From: a virus
Taxonomy: Duplodnaviria > Caudoviricetes
DNA: 38,156 nt
Direction: 5' to 3' (one strand)
Virus record (IMG/VR): IMGVR_UViG_3300049167_000231
Coordinates: 1 to 38,156 of that record
Both the position numbers and the translations under genes were made by a program. The notes below the pieces were generated by a model, which saw only the letters and a program-made list of their open reading frames with translations, did no database searches and was not told the DNA's origin. Each line of letters starts with the position of its first letter. The first letter of the stretch is position 1. This document shows positions 25,989 through 35,417 of the stretch, piece by piece.

Positions 25989-26326
25989 CGGCAATTGATC
26001 TCGCATCGGATCGAGTAAATCGTTTGCGGATCGTCGCCTCGGGTTCCGATCGCGATCACCGTCTCATCTCGGCGCCACCGATAAATGCAGGCGCCGACGC
26101 CGGTGCCTGAGCAAGAGACAGTCTCAGGCCATCGACAGCGGTCATCACTCTCGCCGCAGATATCGGCCTTGTCCGGGTTTGCCACAGGTTTCCAGCCGAC
26201 CGTTTCAAGCGACGACCGCGCATTTCCGTAGCTTGTGCCCTTCGGGAACGACGGCAGCTTCGGCGCGGCTTCTGCCGTGAGGGGCATCGCTAACACGGCT
26301 AGCGCAACGGCTATTCTCATCAGCAT
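25985..26326 (-). CDS. Exported Cys-rich protein (moron)
   Basis: Signal peptide MRIAVALAVLAMPLTAEA; six Cys including CSGTG; GGAG SD; convergent with the tape measure gene. Confidence 0.8.
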   Translation of the reverse strand: MLMRIAVALAVLAMPLTAEAAPKLPSFPKGTSYGNARSSLETVGWKPVANPDKADICGESDDRCRWPETVSCSGTGVGACIYRWRRDETVIAIGTRGDDPQTIYSIRCEINCR

Positions 26327-26379
26327 CTCAAATCTCCGGTCGGCGTCGTCGGTGACAGGTCAAGACGAGAGCATAACCA

Positions 26380-26868
26380 ATGTCCGAATGGCGCGACAGG
26401 CTCCGGCCTGCATCCTTCCGCGGTGTCGAGTTCAAGGTCGAGGTGGGCTCCCGCACGGGCGGACGCCGCCTCGCGCCTCATGAATTTCCGAAGCGCGACG
26501 AACCGTACACCGAGGATATGGGCCGCAAGGGTCGTGCGTTCGGCGTCACCGGCTACCTGATCGGCTCGGATTACCAGTCGCAGCGCGATCGCTTGATCGA
26601 AGCGCTGGAGCGCGAGGGCGCAAGCCAGCTCGTGCATCCGACCCTTGGGCAGTTTCAGGTATCCGCCGGCATCTACTCCTGCGCCGAGCGGCGCGAGCGC
26701 GGCGGATTCTGCGAGGTCGAGATGCAATTCTTCGAAGCCGGCAGCCAGGCGCCCACGTCCGGCCGGGAATATTCGCCGGCGGCCATCGAAGAGAAGGCCA
26801 CGGCCGCGACCGTCAGCACTGTGGCCAATGTCGACCAGCAGGTTGCCAGCATGAGGATGGGTCGTTGA
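26380..26868 (+). CDS. DNA circularization protein N-terminal domain (Mu gpN-like)
   Basis: LRPASFRGV.F, HEFPKRD.P..EDMG and LVHP.LG motifs. Confidence 0.9.
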   Translation: MSEWRDRLRPASFRGVEFKVEVGSRTGGRRLAPHEFPKRDEPYTEDMGRKGRAFGVTGYLIGSDYQSQRDRLIEALEREGASQLVHPTLGQFQVSAGIYSCAERRERGGFCEVEMQFFEAGSQAPTSGREYSPAAIEEKATAATVSTVANVDQQVASMRMGR

Positions 26869-27530
26869 CCCCGATTGAGGAAACCACCGCTGTCTTGGCG
26901 CGTGTCGGCGACGCTTTGCTCGTGGCCTCGCGGCAGGAGAACGGGCGCGAGGGTGCCGATCTGCGCCGCGCTGTCGGCGAATTGGTCGACCGGGCCCCTT
27001 ATTACCTCGCCCGCGGCGTCGTCGGGCAACCGCTCACGGCGGCCTTCCGTGCAGTGACACTCGCCGGCTGCCAGATCGAAGGCATCGAGCGGGTGCGCCT
27101 TTCCGCGCAGATTGAGCCGGCTGTCTCTCCATTGGCCGGCGCCGTCGGTCGCGCGTCCTCCCGCATGGCGCTGGTGGAGATGGCTCGCATCGTCGGCGGC
27201 ATCTCGTTCCGCAGCCGCGAGGAGGTCCAGTCGGTCACGGCGCGCGTCAACGCGGCATTCGCTCCGATCGAGGACGAGGCAGCCGACCTCGGCGAGCATG
27301 TCGTCTATCGGGACCTCGTGGCGCTGCACGCCTCCGTTACCCGAGATCTCGTTCAGCGTGGCCGTCCTTTGCCCCGCCTGGTGCCATATCGCGGCCCCCG
27401 GCGTCAGCCCGCCCTCGTGTTGGCCAACGGCCTGTATGGCGCTGCAGATCGCGCCGATGAGATCGTCGGCGAGAACCGCGCCGTGCATCCGCTCTTCATG
27501 CCGGCGTCTGGCATGGCGTTGTCCGTCTGA
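26865..27530 (+). CDS. C-terminal half of gpN-like protein, encoded separately
   Basis: PALVLA..LYG...RADEI...N...HPLFMP motif; TTG start with TTGA overlap and GAGG SD. Confidence 0.8.
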   Translation: MTPIEETTAVLARVGDALLVASRQENGREGADLRRAVGELVDRAPYYLARGVVGQPLTAAFRAVTLAGCQIEGIERVRLSAQIEPAVSPLAGAVGRASSRMALVEMARIVGGISFRSREEVQSVTARVNAAFAPIEDEAADLGEHVVYRDLVALHASVTRDLVQRGRPLPRLVPYRGPRRQPALVLANGLYGAADRADEIVGENRAVHPLFMPASGMALSV

Positions 27531-28642
27531 TGCCCAATCCGCAGGAGATCGCCGAACTGGTCGTCAACGGCCGGGAATATCGCGATTGGGACATGGTCTC
27601 CGTCCAGAGATCGTTCCAATCTCCGGCATCCGTCATGACTTTTAGCGCAGCGTCGCCGATCGAGAGCGGCGGCTGGGCAGCCCAGAAGCTGAAAATCGGC
27701 GATCTTTGCTCGTGCAAGATGGCCGGTGTGACAGTGGCGAACGGTGTACTTTACCTGCGGCAGGTCGCTTTCGATGATCGGCGCCATGGACTGCAAGTCC
27801 AAGTCGCCTCAAAGGTCCAAGATATCCTCTACGCGACCGTTGATCAGAAGCCTGGGCAGTTTAAGGACTACAGCATCGAGGGTATCGGCAACGCGCTGGT
27901 GAAGCCGTACGGCCTCAAATTCAAAATCGATGGCAATCCGAGCGGCGCGGACAAGAAGTTCCCGCGGTTCAACGTCCAGCCCGGCGAGACGGTCTTCGCT
28001 GCGATCTCTCGGCTTTGCCGTATGCGAAATCTTTTTCTGATCGACGACAAAGACGGCAACCTCGTCGCCAAGCGTATCGACGGCAGCGGCGGCGCACAGG
28101 CTCACCTTGAGGAAGGCCGGAACATCAAGTCCGCCACTTGCGTGATGAGCCACGAGAACGTGCACAACATGATCCAGGTGCTAGGCCAGCGCCCGGGCAA
28201 CGATCAGAACTGGGGCGACGAGGCGCGGGATACCTCGGCTTCTGTGAGCAATCCGGAGATTAAACGTCACCGCCCGTTGACCATTCCCGCCGAGGAGCCC
28301 GGTGATCAGCAAGACATGCAAATGCGCGCCGAGCACGCTGGGGCCGTTAATATTGCGACCATGCTTCAAGCGGAGGTCACCGTTCAGGGATGGCACGATC
28401 CGTCTGGGGTTCTCTGGATCGAACATGTCGGAAAAGAGATATCCGTGAAGTCAGCCATGCTGTTCCCCGAGGAACAACGATCGTTGGCGGTCCAGGGTGT
28501 CGTGCTGAAGCAGACGAACGCCGGAACCGAGACCGTACTGAGCCTGATCATACCCTCGCGCCTCGGTGGTGGTGGCCAGATCCAGGCTGAACCCGACTTC
28601 GCTAAGGCAAATGCGGCAAGACCCGAACCTTCGGACGTCTGA
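27530..28642 (+). CDS. Baseplate hub protein (Mu gpP/gp44-like)
   Basis: L.VNG..Y..W..V.V, PGETVF..I.RL, L.EG.NI, RHRPL and VTVQGW motifs. Confidence 0.88.
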   Translation: MPNPQEIAELVVNGREYRDWDMVSVQRSFQSPASVMTFSAASPIESGGWAAQKLKIGDLCSCKMAGVTVANGVLYLRQVAFDDRRHGLQVQVASKVQDILYATVDQKPGQFKDYSIEGIGNALVKPYGLKFKIDGNPSGADKKFPRFNVQPGETVFAAISRLCRMRNLFLIDDKDGNLVAKRIDGSGGAQAHLEEGRNIKSATCVMSHENVHNMIQVLGQRPGNDQNWGDEARDTSASVSNPEIKRHRPLTIPAEEPGDQQDMQMRAEHAGAVNIATMLQAEVTVQGWHDPSGVLWIEHVGKEISVKSAMLFPEEQRSLAVQGVVLKQTNAGTETVLSLIIPSRLGGGGQIQAEPDFAKANAARPEPSDV

Positions 28643-28644
28643 TC

Positions 28645-29076
28645 ATGAGCAGCATTCGACGCGCCACGCTCGAAAAGAGCAACGACGATCCCAAGATGCA
28701 GGAGATCGACGCCAATCTCTCTCATGGCGAGAAAGCAACCGGGATCGAGCATGCGCACCCGTATGGCTTCTCAGCCCGTCCGCTGCCTCCGAAGGATAAG
28801 AAGCGCGCCGAGGCCATCATCGTCTTCCCGGACGGCAACCGCTCCCAGGGTGTCGCCCTCATGGTTAGTGACCGCCGACACCGCCTAAAAGGGATGAAGG
28901 AAGGCGAGTCAGCCATCCATGATGACCAGGATCAGAAGATGCACATCCAGCGCGATGGCGTGCTGGTCAAGGCCAAGACCTTCAAGGTCGACGTCAACGG
29001 CAAAGGCTCGATCACGATCGACAAGGACGGCGTCATCACCCTCAAGGGTAGCGCCATCAAGTTCGAGCAGGGCTGA
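28645..29076 (+). CDS. Baseplate spike protein (Mu gp45-like)
   Basis: PYGF...P, G.RS and DRRHR...GE..IHD motifs; short C-terminal beta repeats. Confidence 0.85.
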   Translation: MSSIRRATLEKSNDDPKMQEIDANLSHGEKATGIEHAHPYGFSARPLPPKDKKRAEAIIVFPDGNRSQGVALMVSDRRHRLKGMKEGESAIHDDQDQKMHIQRDGVLVKAKTFKVDVNGKGSITIDKDGVITLKGSAIKFEQG

Positions 29077-29354
29077 TGAAAGCGCATCGTCATGGGGACG
29101 CCCGCATCTGCGGCGCGAGCACGATTGTGTCTGGCCAAAGCCTTCTGACCGTCGACGGCCAACTCTGGGCCGTGCACGGCGACAACAATAGCCACGGGGG
29201 CGGCGCGCTGATCAGCACGCATTCCTGGCTCACCATCAACGGTAAGGGCGTCATCGTGGTTGGTGATCCGGCCGGCGCCGATGCGCTTTGCCCGGTCCCG
29301 CCGCACTGCAACCCGTCCGCCGTCGGATCCAGCTCGCTTGTGGACGTAGCATGA
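29076..29354 (+). CDS. PAAR-like spike tip protein
   Basis: Three pseudo-repeats (AHRHGD..CG, WAVHGD..SHG, VIVVGD) with Cys/His ligands; follows the spike gene. Confidence 0.78.
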   Translation: MKAHRHGDARICGASTIVSGQSLLTVDGQLWAVHGDNNSHGGGALISTHSWLTINGKGVIVVGDPAGADALCPVPPHCNPSAVGSSSLVDVA

Positions 29355-29845
29355 CCGATATTCGCATCGCGCAGATCATCTCGCCGGAAGTGGTGACGAT
29401 GGACTTCCTGCTCTCGCCGGCCGGCGGCCTCGACACCTCTCAGGAACTGGCATCGGCGGTGACGGTCGCGCTTGGCACCGATCGCCTGGCTGATCCTGCT
29501 GATGAATTGCCCGAGCTCGACGGGAATGACCGCCGCGGCTGGTGGGGCGACTTGGATGCCGGCGAGATCCATGATGGCTGGCCGATCGGCACTAGGCTTT
29601 GGTTGCTCTCGCGCTCCGCTATCACCGGTCCAGAAGCGCAGCGCGGCAGCACGATCGCGCGGGCCGAACACTACGCCCGCGAGGCGCTGCAGCCGATTAT
29701 CGACCGCGGCATCGCCACCCGCGTAGCAGTCCGCGCCGAGCGCACCGCGCTGGGCCGCATCGATCTGGCCGCCACGCTCTATCGCGGGCCACTCCCGGCG
29801 GTCGAATTGAGGTTCGCCGAAATCTGGGCCGAAATCGGAGCCTGA
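29351..29845 (+). CDS. Baseplate wedge protein (Mu gp46-like)
   Basis: L.TD..A, RRGWWGD, GTRLWLL.R and YAREALQP motifs. Confidence 0.9.
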   Translation: MTDIRIAQIISPEVVTMDFLLSPAGGLDTSQELASAVTVALGTDRLADPADELPELDGNDRRGWWGDLDAGEIHDGWPIGTRLWLLSRSAITGPEAQRGSTIARAEHYAREALQPIIDRGIATRVAVRAERTALGRIDLAATLYRGPLPAVELRFAEIWAEIGA

Positions 29846-29849
29846 CCCT

Positions 29850-30941
29850 ATGCCATGGTCGACACCCACGCTGGGCGAGCTCCGGCGGCTGATCCGCGAC
29901 AACGTCTCGGCGTTCCTGCCCGGCGCTGACGCCACGGTGCCGAACTCGGTGCTGCGCGTCCTCACCGACAGCAATGCCGGCCTCGCCGCGCTGACGCTGC
30001 AATATCTCGACTGGCTCGCGCGCCAGATCATGGTCGATACCGCCGAGGCCGAGTGGCTGGACAGGTTCGGCCAGATCTGGCTGGGCGGTCGGAAGGCAGC
30101 GGTCTTCTCGGAGGGCGCTGCGTTCTTCACTGGCATTCCCGGCACCGTGATTCCGACAGGGGCGCGTATCGCCACCAGCAACAGTGCTGTGGAATTCGAG
30201 ACGGTCGCCGCTGGCACGCTCGGGGATGCGCCGATCCAAATACCCGTCCGGGCTATCGATCCTGGTGCTGCTGGAAATCTGCTGGAGGGCGCGCCGCTCA
30301 ACGTTACGAGCGCCGTCGCCGGGCTCGATGCCACCGTCTTTGCAGCCATCATCACCGGCGGTGTCGATGCCGAGAGCGATGCCGATTTGCGCGGTCGCAT
30401 TCTCGACCGCATCCGCAAGCCACCGATGGGCGGCGATGCCGACGATTACGTCGCCTGGGCGCTGGAGGTCCCGGGCGTCACCCGGGCATGGACCGCGCCG
30501 ATGGAGATGGGGATCGGCACGGTAACGCTGCGCTTCATGATGGACGAATTACGCGCGACCTCAGGTGGATTTCCGAACGCGGGCGATGTGGCGGCTGTGG
30601 CCGAGTACCTCGAAGCCAAGCGTCCGGTGACAGTGCGCGACCTCTTCGTCGTGGCGCCAATCCCAGAGCCGATCGACTTCACCCTCGAGCAACTCGACAG
30701 CGACGACGCGGGCACTCGGTTCAACATTGAGGCCGCCGTCGCGGTCATGCTGCATGATCGCGCTCGGCCGGCCTTTGCCTTGAACGGCGTCCGGCAGCCG
30801 GCGCAGACAATCCATCGCGAATGGGTCAGCGCGGCGATTTCCAGCGCCGCCGGCGTCGAGACTTTCAATCTGGTGATGACCGACCACGCAATGCCGTCGC
30901 CAGGGCACATGGGCGTGCTGGGGACGATCATCCGTGGCTGA
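29850..30941 (+). CDS. Baseplate J-like protein (Mu gp47-like)
   Basis: GG.D.ESD..LR.R, PPMGG...DY..WALEVPGVTRAW and RPVT motifs. Confidence 0.93.
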   Translation: MPWSTPTLGELRRLIRDNVSAFLPGADATVPNSVLRVLTDSNAGLAALTLQYLDWLARQIMVDTAEAEWLDRFGQIWLGGRKAAVFSEGAAFFTGIPGTVIPTGARIATSNSAVEFETVAAGTLGDAPIQIPVRAIDPGAAGNLLEGAPLNVTSAVAGLDATVFAAIITGGVDAESDADLRGRILDRIRKPPMGGDADDYVAWALEVPGVTRAWTAPMEMGIGTVTLRFMMDELRATSGGFPNAGDVAAVAEYLEAKRPVTVRDLFVVAPIPEPIDFTLEQLDSDDAGTRFNIEAAVAVMLHDRARPAFALNGVRQPAQTIHREWVSAAISSAAGVETFNLVMTDHAMPSPGHMGVLGTIIRG

Positions 30942-31617
30942 CCAGCACATCCGCCGCGGCGGAGCGGAATATAGCGAAGCCTTCGCGGCTCTGCTCCCGC
31001 GGGGACCGGCTTGGCCGCGCGAAAACGAGAGCGTGCTGATGCGCCTTGTCTCGGGCCTCGCCGAGATCTGGGGCAGCAGGATCGATCCCCGAGCGGCCGA
31101 CCTCCTGGAGCGCGAGAGCGATCCGAGTTTAACGCTGGAATTGCTATCCGATTGGGAACGCGTTGCCGGTCTCCCTGATCCCTGTCTCTCGGAAGAGCTG
31201 ACGATCGCTGACCGGCAAGCGGCGCTGGTGGCGCGGCTGACCATGGAGGGCGGGCAATCAATCCCGTTCTTCACGGCCCTGGCGCTCGCCATTGGCTACG
31301 AGATCATCATCATCGAGCACGCGCCGTTCATGGCCGGCGTCAGCAGCGTTGGCGATACGCGCTTCAATCCCTATGGCGGCTTTCGCTGGGAAATTGGGCC
31401 TGAGGAAATCCGGTTCTACTGGACCGTGAAGATCGTGAACCCCCGCTTGAGCTGGTTTCGCGCGGGCTCCGGCCAAGCCGGTGTCGATCCGCATCTGCGC
31501 ATCGGTATCGCCTCCGATCTGGAATGCGTCTTCCGGCGCTTCAAGCCAGCTCACACCGAGCTGGCATTCTCCTATTCCGGCCTCGCGCCCATCGGCGCCA
31601 TGGCCGGCACTCCCTGA
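30934..31617 (+). CDS. Baseplate/tail protein, YmfQ/DUF2313 (Mu gp48-like)
   Basis: LLPRGPAW, WER..GLPD.C, GGQS..FF and LEC...R.KPAHT motifs. Confidence 0.9.
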   Translation: MADQHIRRGGAEYSEAFAALLPRGPAWPRENESVLMRLVSGLAEIWGSRIDPRAADLLERESDPSLTLELLSDWERVAGLPDPCLSEELTIADRQAALVARLTMEGGQSIPFFTALALAIGYEIIIIEHAPFMAGVSSVGDTRFNPYGGFRWEIGPEEIRFYWTVKIVNPRLSWFRAGSGQAGVDPHLRIGIASDLECVFRRFKPAHTELAFSYSGLAPIGAMAGTP

Positions 31618-31635
31618 CAAGAGAGGCCGGACCTC

Positions 31636-33024
31636 ATGAAATATGTCGCGCCGTACGGGTCAACCGACCCGAACGCACCCTATGTCAATGGCGATCCGTC
31701 TATTGGACGCGCGGGTTCTATCCCGCCAGCTGCCGCGTTCGAGCACCCGCTGCGCGAGATCCAGTTCGCAATCGACGCCTCTGGCCAAGCACCTAGCGAG
31801 TTGGATCTGACGCAGCTTTGGAAGGCGATAGTCCGCGCCAAGCAGGGCATCTATGCCGAGGATATCGGGACCGCCAACGATCTGACGATCGAGCCCGTCC
31901 CATCCCCGACCTCGTTTGACGCCGGCGCTGTCTACCTGGTGAAGGTCGCCGAAGCCAACACCGGCGCGACGACCCTCACCGTTACCGACCTGGGCACGCG
32001 GCAGATCGTTCGTCCGAGCGGCGACGCGCTTCGAGCTGGCGATCTCGTCCCGGATGGCGTCGCCATCCTGGTCTATGATGGGGCCAAGTTTCAGCTGGAG
32101 AGCACCCCGGCTTCGTTGCTCGCGCTCAACGAGGCATCGTTCTGGCACTATGGCGCGGATACGGGGCCCGGCCCCAACCAGGTCGTCATCGCTACTCCGT
32201 CTCCAAAAATCACGGCCTATACCGTCGGCTTGGCTATCGGCTTCGTCGCCGGCAGCACGAACACCGGCACGACCACGATCAACATCGCCGGGCTGGGCAA
32301 TAAAGAGCTTTCCCGCGGCTCCGGGAACGATCTCGAAGCTGGAGACCTTCTGGCCGGCACCATGGCCCTTGCGGTCTACGACGGCGCGCAGTTCCAGCTG
32401 CTGAATGCCCTCGCGGCCTACGGCGGTGGCGGCGGCGGGGGCGACCCTGCCGAACTCCCCGCGGGTTGGAACTCGGTTATCGGGCCGCTGCGCCCCTATT
32501 GGCTCGCAGTGATCAGCGCGACCGTCACGGCCCCTCCCGGTAGCCCGACGGTCGGCGACGCCTACCTGATCCCCACCGGCGCGACTGGCGCCTGGTCTGG
32601 CCTCGGCAATCGCATCGCGCAGTTCACCGATGCCGGCTGGGTGACGAAGGACTATCCGGTCGCGTCCGTCGTCGGGATCGGCGACACCGGCAAATACCGC
32701 CGGCGCACCGCGTCGGGATGGGAGACTTTCTTCACTCCGGCCACGCGCGATTTCGTGGCCATTTCGTCCAATACGACGGCGGTCGCTGGCGGGGCTTACA
32801 TTTGCGATACGAGCACCGCCCCGTTCACGCTCCTGCTGCCTGCCTCGCCCGCCCAGCAGGACATGGTGCGCATCGCCGACGGCGCGAATTTCAAGATCAA
32901 GAACCTGATCATTGGCCGCAATGGGGCCGCGACGATCCATGGCATCGCCCAGGATCTGACGGTGGACGTCCAGTGCGCCGGCTTCTCCCTGATCTACGTC
33001 GGCACCGACTGGAGGATCGTCTGA
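31636..33024 (+). CDS. Tail fibre protein (baseplate anchor, two internal repeats, DUF2793-like domain, terminal LPASP domain)
   Basis: N-terminal GSIPPAAAFEHP.REI..DLTQL; duplicated NTG.TT..G...L.AGDL..YDG..FQL unit; PPGSP..GD.Y.....ATGAW.G; C-terminal LPASP domain. Confidence 0.8.
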   Translation: MKYVAPYGSTDPNAPYVNGDPSIGRAGSIPPAAAFEHPLREIQFAIDASGQAPSELDLTQLWKAIVRAKQGIYAEDIGTANDLTIEPVPSPTSFDAGAVYLVKVAEANTGATTLTVTDLGTRQIVRPSGDALRAGDLVPDGVAILVYDGAKFQLESTPASLLALNEASFWHYGADTGPGPNQVVIATPSPKITAYTVGLAIGFVAGSTNTGTTTINIAGLGNKELSRGSGNDLEAGDLLAGTMALAVYDGAQFQLLNALAAYGGGGGGGDPAELPAGWNSVIGPLRPYWLAVISATVTAPPGSPTVGDAYLIPTGATGAWSGLGNRIAQFTDAGWVTKDYPVASVVGIGDTGKYRRRTASGWETFFTPATRDFVAISSNTTAVAGGAYICDTSTAPFTLLLPASPAQQDMVRIADGANFKIKNLIIGRNGAATIHGIAQDLTVDVQCAGFSLIYVGTDWRIV

Positions 33025-33025
33025 C

Positions 33026-33976
33026 ATGAGCCTTTTGAGCACCATCCTCGGTCTCTCATCCGGGAACTCCATAACCTACAGCACGGCCATGCCATTGCTG
33101 CCCGGCCAGCTGCCGACCTTCGGGCAGGGCATCGTCAAGCTGTTCCTCGCCAGCACGGCTTTTACCGTGCCCGACGGCGTCTATTCGATGCGTGGCCGGG
33201 TTATCGGCTCGGGAGGCAATCCGGGCACCTGCTCGATCGGATCGGTCATGTCTGCAACTGGCGGCGCGGCGGGAACCACGTCAGGTCACGCGGCGGGTGG
33301 CGCCGGCTTTGGCGGAGACTTTCGCGCGAATGGCGGGACCGGTGGGCTTCGTAGCACGAACCAGATCGCTGGCGGCGGTGGTGGTGCGGCGGGCTCCCCT
33401 CTCGGGAACGGCGGCAATGGAGCAGACGCGCCGAGCGGGTTCTCGGGCGGCGGCGGCGGCGGCGTAGGAGGCGGCACCGCATCTGGTCAAGACGGCGGAA
33501 GTCCTTTCGGCGCTGGTGACGCCTACATGGGCGTCGGCACCGACACTTCGCGCAACGGGGCCCAGAATCCGACGAATAGTCCGATGCCTTTCCCGTTCTT
33601 CAGTTTCACCGGTGGATCTGGTTCCGCGGCAAGCTCAAGCGCAGCGGCAGGGTACAGCGGCCCTGGAGCGGGCGGCGGCGGCGGCTACTCCGGGTTCAAT
33701 GCGGGCGATGGCGGGGTCGGGGCCGGCGGTGGCGGCGGCGTCGGAAACAACTCCGCCGGTGTCGGTGGCCGCGTACGCGCCGCTGACGGAAGCGGTGCTG
33801 CCGGTATCTCAATTGGCGGCGGTAGTGGCGGGCGTGGTGGCGGCAGCGGCGGTGGCGTGACTGCCAACGGCGGCAGCGGCGGCGGCGGCTATGCGCACGG
33901 GGTCTTCGCGGTCACGCCCGGTGACGTCATCAACCTCACGGTCGTCGGAAACGGCGCCATCATCCTGGAGTACTGA
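33026..33976 (+). CDS. Glycine-rich fibre tip / adhesin-like protein 1
   Basis: FTVPDGV start motif, long polyglycine tracts, end motif GGGGGYA.....VTPG......VG.GAIILEY. Confidence 0.75.
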   Translation: MSLLSTILGLSSGNSITYSTAMPLLPGQLPTFGQGIVKLFLASTAFTVPDGVYSMRGRVIGSGGNPGTCSIGSVMSATGGAAGTTSGHAAGGAGFGGDFRANGGTGGLRSTNQIAGGGGGAAGSPLGNGGNGADAPSGFSGGGGGGVGGGTASGQDGGSPFGAGDAYMGVGTDTSRNGAQNPTNSPMPFPFFSFTGGSGSAASSSAAAGYSGPGAGGGGGYSGFNAGDGGVGAGGGGGVGNNSAGVGGRVRAADGSGAAGISIGGGSGGRGGGSGGGVTANGGSGGGGYAHGVFAVTPGDVINLTVVGNGAIILEY

Positions 33977-33979
33977 GCC

Positions 33980-34201
33980 ATGACGAAGAGCGCTCGCATT
34001 GTGGGCGGTGTCGCGGCCGACGTCGTCGACGGCAACCCTCACGACTTCTTCCATCCCGATATCGCGGCGACCTTCGTCGAGGTCCCGGACAAGGTCCAGA
34101 TCGGTTGGCGGAAGGTCGGAAACGGCTGGAAGGAGCCCGCTCCCGATTACGAGACCACGTCGCGATTTGGAGGCGGCGCCGGTGAGCAAGACGGTCGTTA
34201 A
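33980..34201 (+). CDS. Small fibre-associated protein
   Basis: ARI..G.....FHPD....FVEVPD.V..GW pattern; follows the Gly-rich gene. Confidence 0.65.
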   Translation: MTKSARIVGGVAADVVDGNPHDFFHPDIAATFVEVPDKVQIGWRKVGNGWKEPAPDYETTSRFGGGAGEQDGR

Positions 34202-34541
34202 TTACCTCGTCAAAACGAATGAAGATTGGACCGACGGTCTCTTCTTCGGCGACGGCGCCGACCCGCCGGAGCCGGAGGACCTGACTGGCTCAAGCTTTCA
34301 CGCTCAGCTGCGCGTGAGCCCCGAAGCGGCCTTCGTTCATCTTGACGCTTCGACCTCGAACGGCCTGCTCATCATCGATCTGCCGACCGCCATCGTCTCG
34401 TGGAATGTTTCGAGGTCGGTCATGCGCACCATTCCGCCAGGCGTCTATGTCTACGACATGCTGTGGACCCGTGCCGATGGAACCGCGGATGTCGAGGTCG
34501 AAGGCATCGTGACGGTCGAGCAGGGCGTCACGCGCCCATGA
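34182..34541 (+). CDS. BppU-like beta-sandwich adaptor protein
   Basis: GTG 34182 with GGAGG SD; DLTG.....QLR, G.YVYD and EG..TV..GVT motifs. Confidence 0.7.
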   Translation: MSKTVVNYLVKTNEDWTDGLFFGDGADPPEPEDLTGSSFHAQLRVSPEAAFVHLDASTSNGLLIIDLPTAIVSWNVSRSVMRTIPPGVYVYDMLWTRADGTADVEVEGIVTVEQGVTRP

Positions 34542-35002
34542 CTATCGTCTCCGTCCAGCCCGTTGAAACGGCGCCCGTTGTCGTCGAGCCGGTTCCGCCT
34601 ACCCCGGTTGTCGTGGCGCGGACGGGCCCCGCGGGCAAGGGCTGGGTCTTCGACGAAGGCCCGCCCGACGACAGCCAGGGCCGCATCGGGGAGATGTACC
34701 TCGATAAGCTGACTTTCGACGCCTACGGCCCAAAGCCCGGTGCGTCGTGGGCGGGCGTTGAACCGGTCAATCTCAAGGCCGGCGCCGCCGAAGCGAGCGA
34801 GGCCCGCGACCAAGCGATCGACGCTGCCGAGATCGCGCAGGAATCGGCCGAGGCCGCTCACGAAGACCGGCTCCATGTCGCCGAGACGATCGGCGACGCG
34901 GTCGCCGCGGCCCTCGCCGTCGTCAATTCCAAGTTCACCGTCTCCACCTCTGCCCCAAGCCCCGGCGTCGGGACGGAAGGCGATATCTGGCTCAAGATCT
35001 GA
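34538..35002 (+). CDS. Fibre connector protein
   Basis: ATGA-coupled; GPAG, G..GEMYLD...YGPK, short coiled coil, C-terminal STSAPS...GDIWLK. Confidence 0.7.
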   Translation: MTIVSVQPVETAPVVVEPVPPTPVVVARTGPAGKGWVFDEGPPDDSQGRIGEMYLDKLTFDAYGPKPGASWAGVEPVNLKAGAAEASEARDQAIDAAEIAQESAEAAHEDRLHVAETIGDAVAAALAVVNSKFTVSTSAPSPGVGTEGDIWLKI

Positions 35003-35011
35003 GGAACGCCC

Positions 35012-35404
35012 ATGTCATCGCTTACCGACTACGCCGAAAAGCTGGTTCTCGACTGGCTTATGACCACAGGCACCGCGACCCGACCGACCACCTGGTACAT
35101 CGGCCTCTTCACGGCAGCGCCGAGCGACGCCGGCGGCGGTACGGAGGTGTCGACCGGCGGCTACGCCCGCCAGGCCGTCGCCTTCAATGCGGCTGCGTCT
35201 CCCGGTGGCACCACTTCCAACTCCGGCGCCGTATCCTTCACTGCGGCCGGCGCGAACTGGGGCACGATCACCCACTTCGCCATCTTCACGGCTTCGACAG
35301 CAGGCAACATGCTCTGGGAGGGTCCGTTGACCTCCTCGCGCGTCATCAACGATGGCGACACGCTGACCTGGAACATCGGCTCGCTCAACCTGACCCTGGC
35401 CTAA
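35012..35404 (+). CDS. Small beta-rich virion fibre subunit
   Basis: Y.GLFTA.P...G.EVS.GGYARQ, WGTITH..I, GN.L..G.L and I..GDT motifs; GAGG SD. Confidence 0.8.
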   Translation: MSSLTDYAEKLVLDWLMTTGTATRPTTWYIGLFTAAPSDAGGGTEVSTGGYARQAVAFNAAASPGGTTSNSGAVSFTAAGANWGTITHFAIFTASTAGNMLWEGPLTSSRVINDGDTLTWNIGSLNLTLA

Positions 35405-35417
35405 GCGGTAGTCGCCT

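Noticed and set aside
21098-31617. Tailocin, eCIS, T6SS or gene transfer agent interpretation
   Set aside because: A complete head, terminase, cos, integrase and repressor are present, so this is a prophage.
33250-33900. GGC/GGT trinucleotide runs as DNA repeats
   Set aside because: Explained by polyglycine coding.
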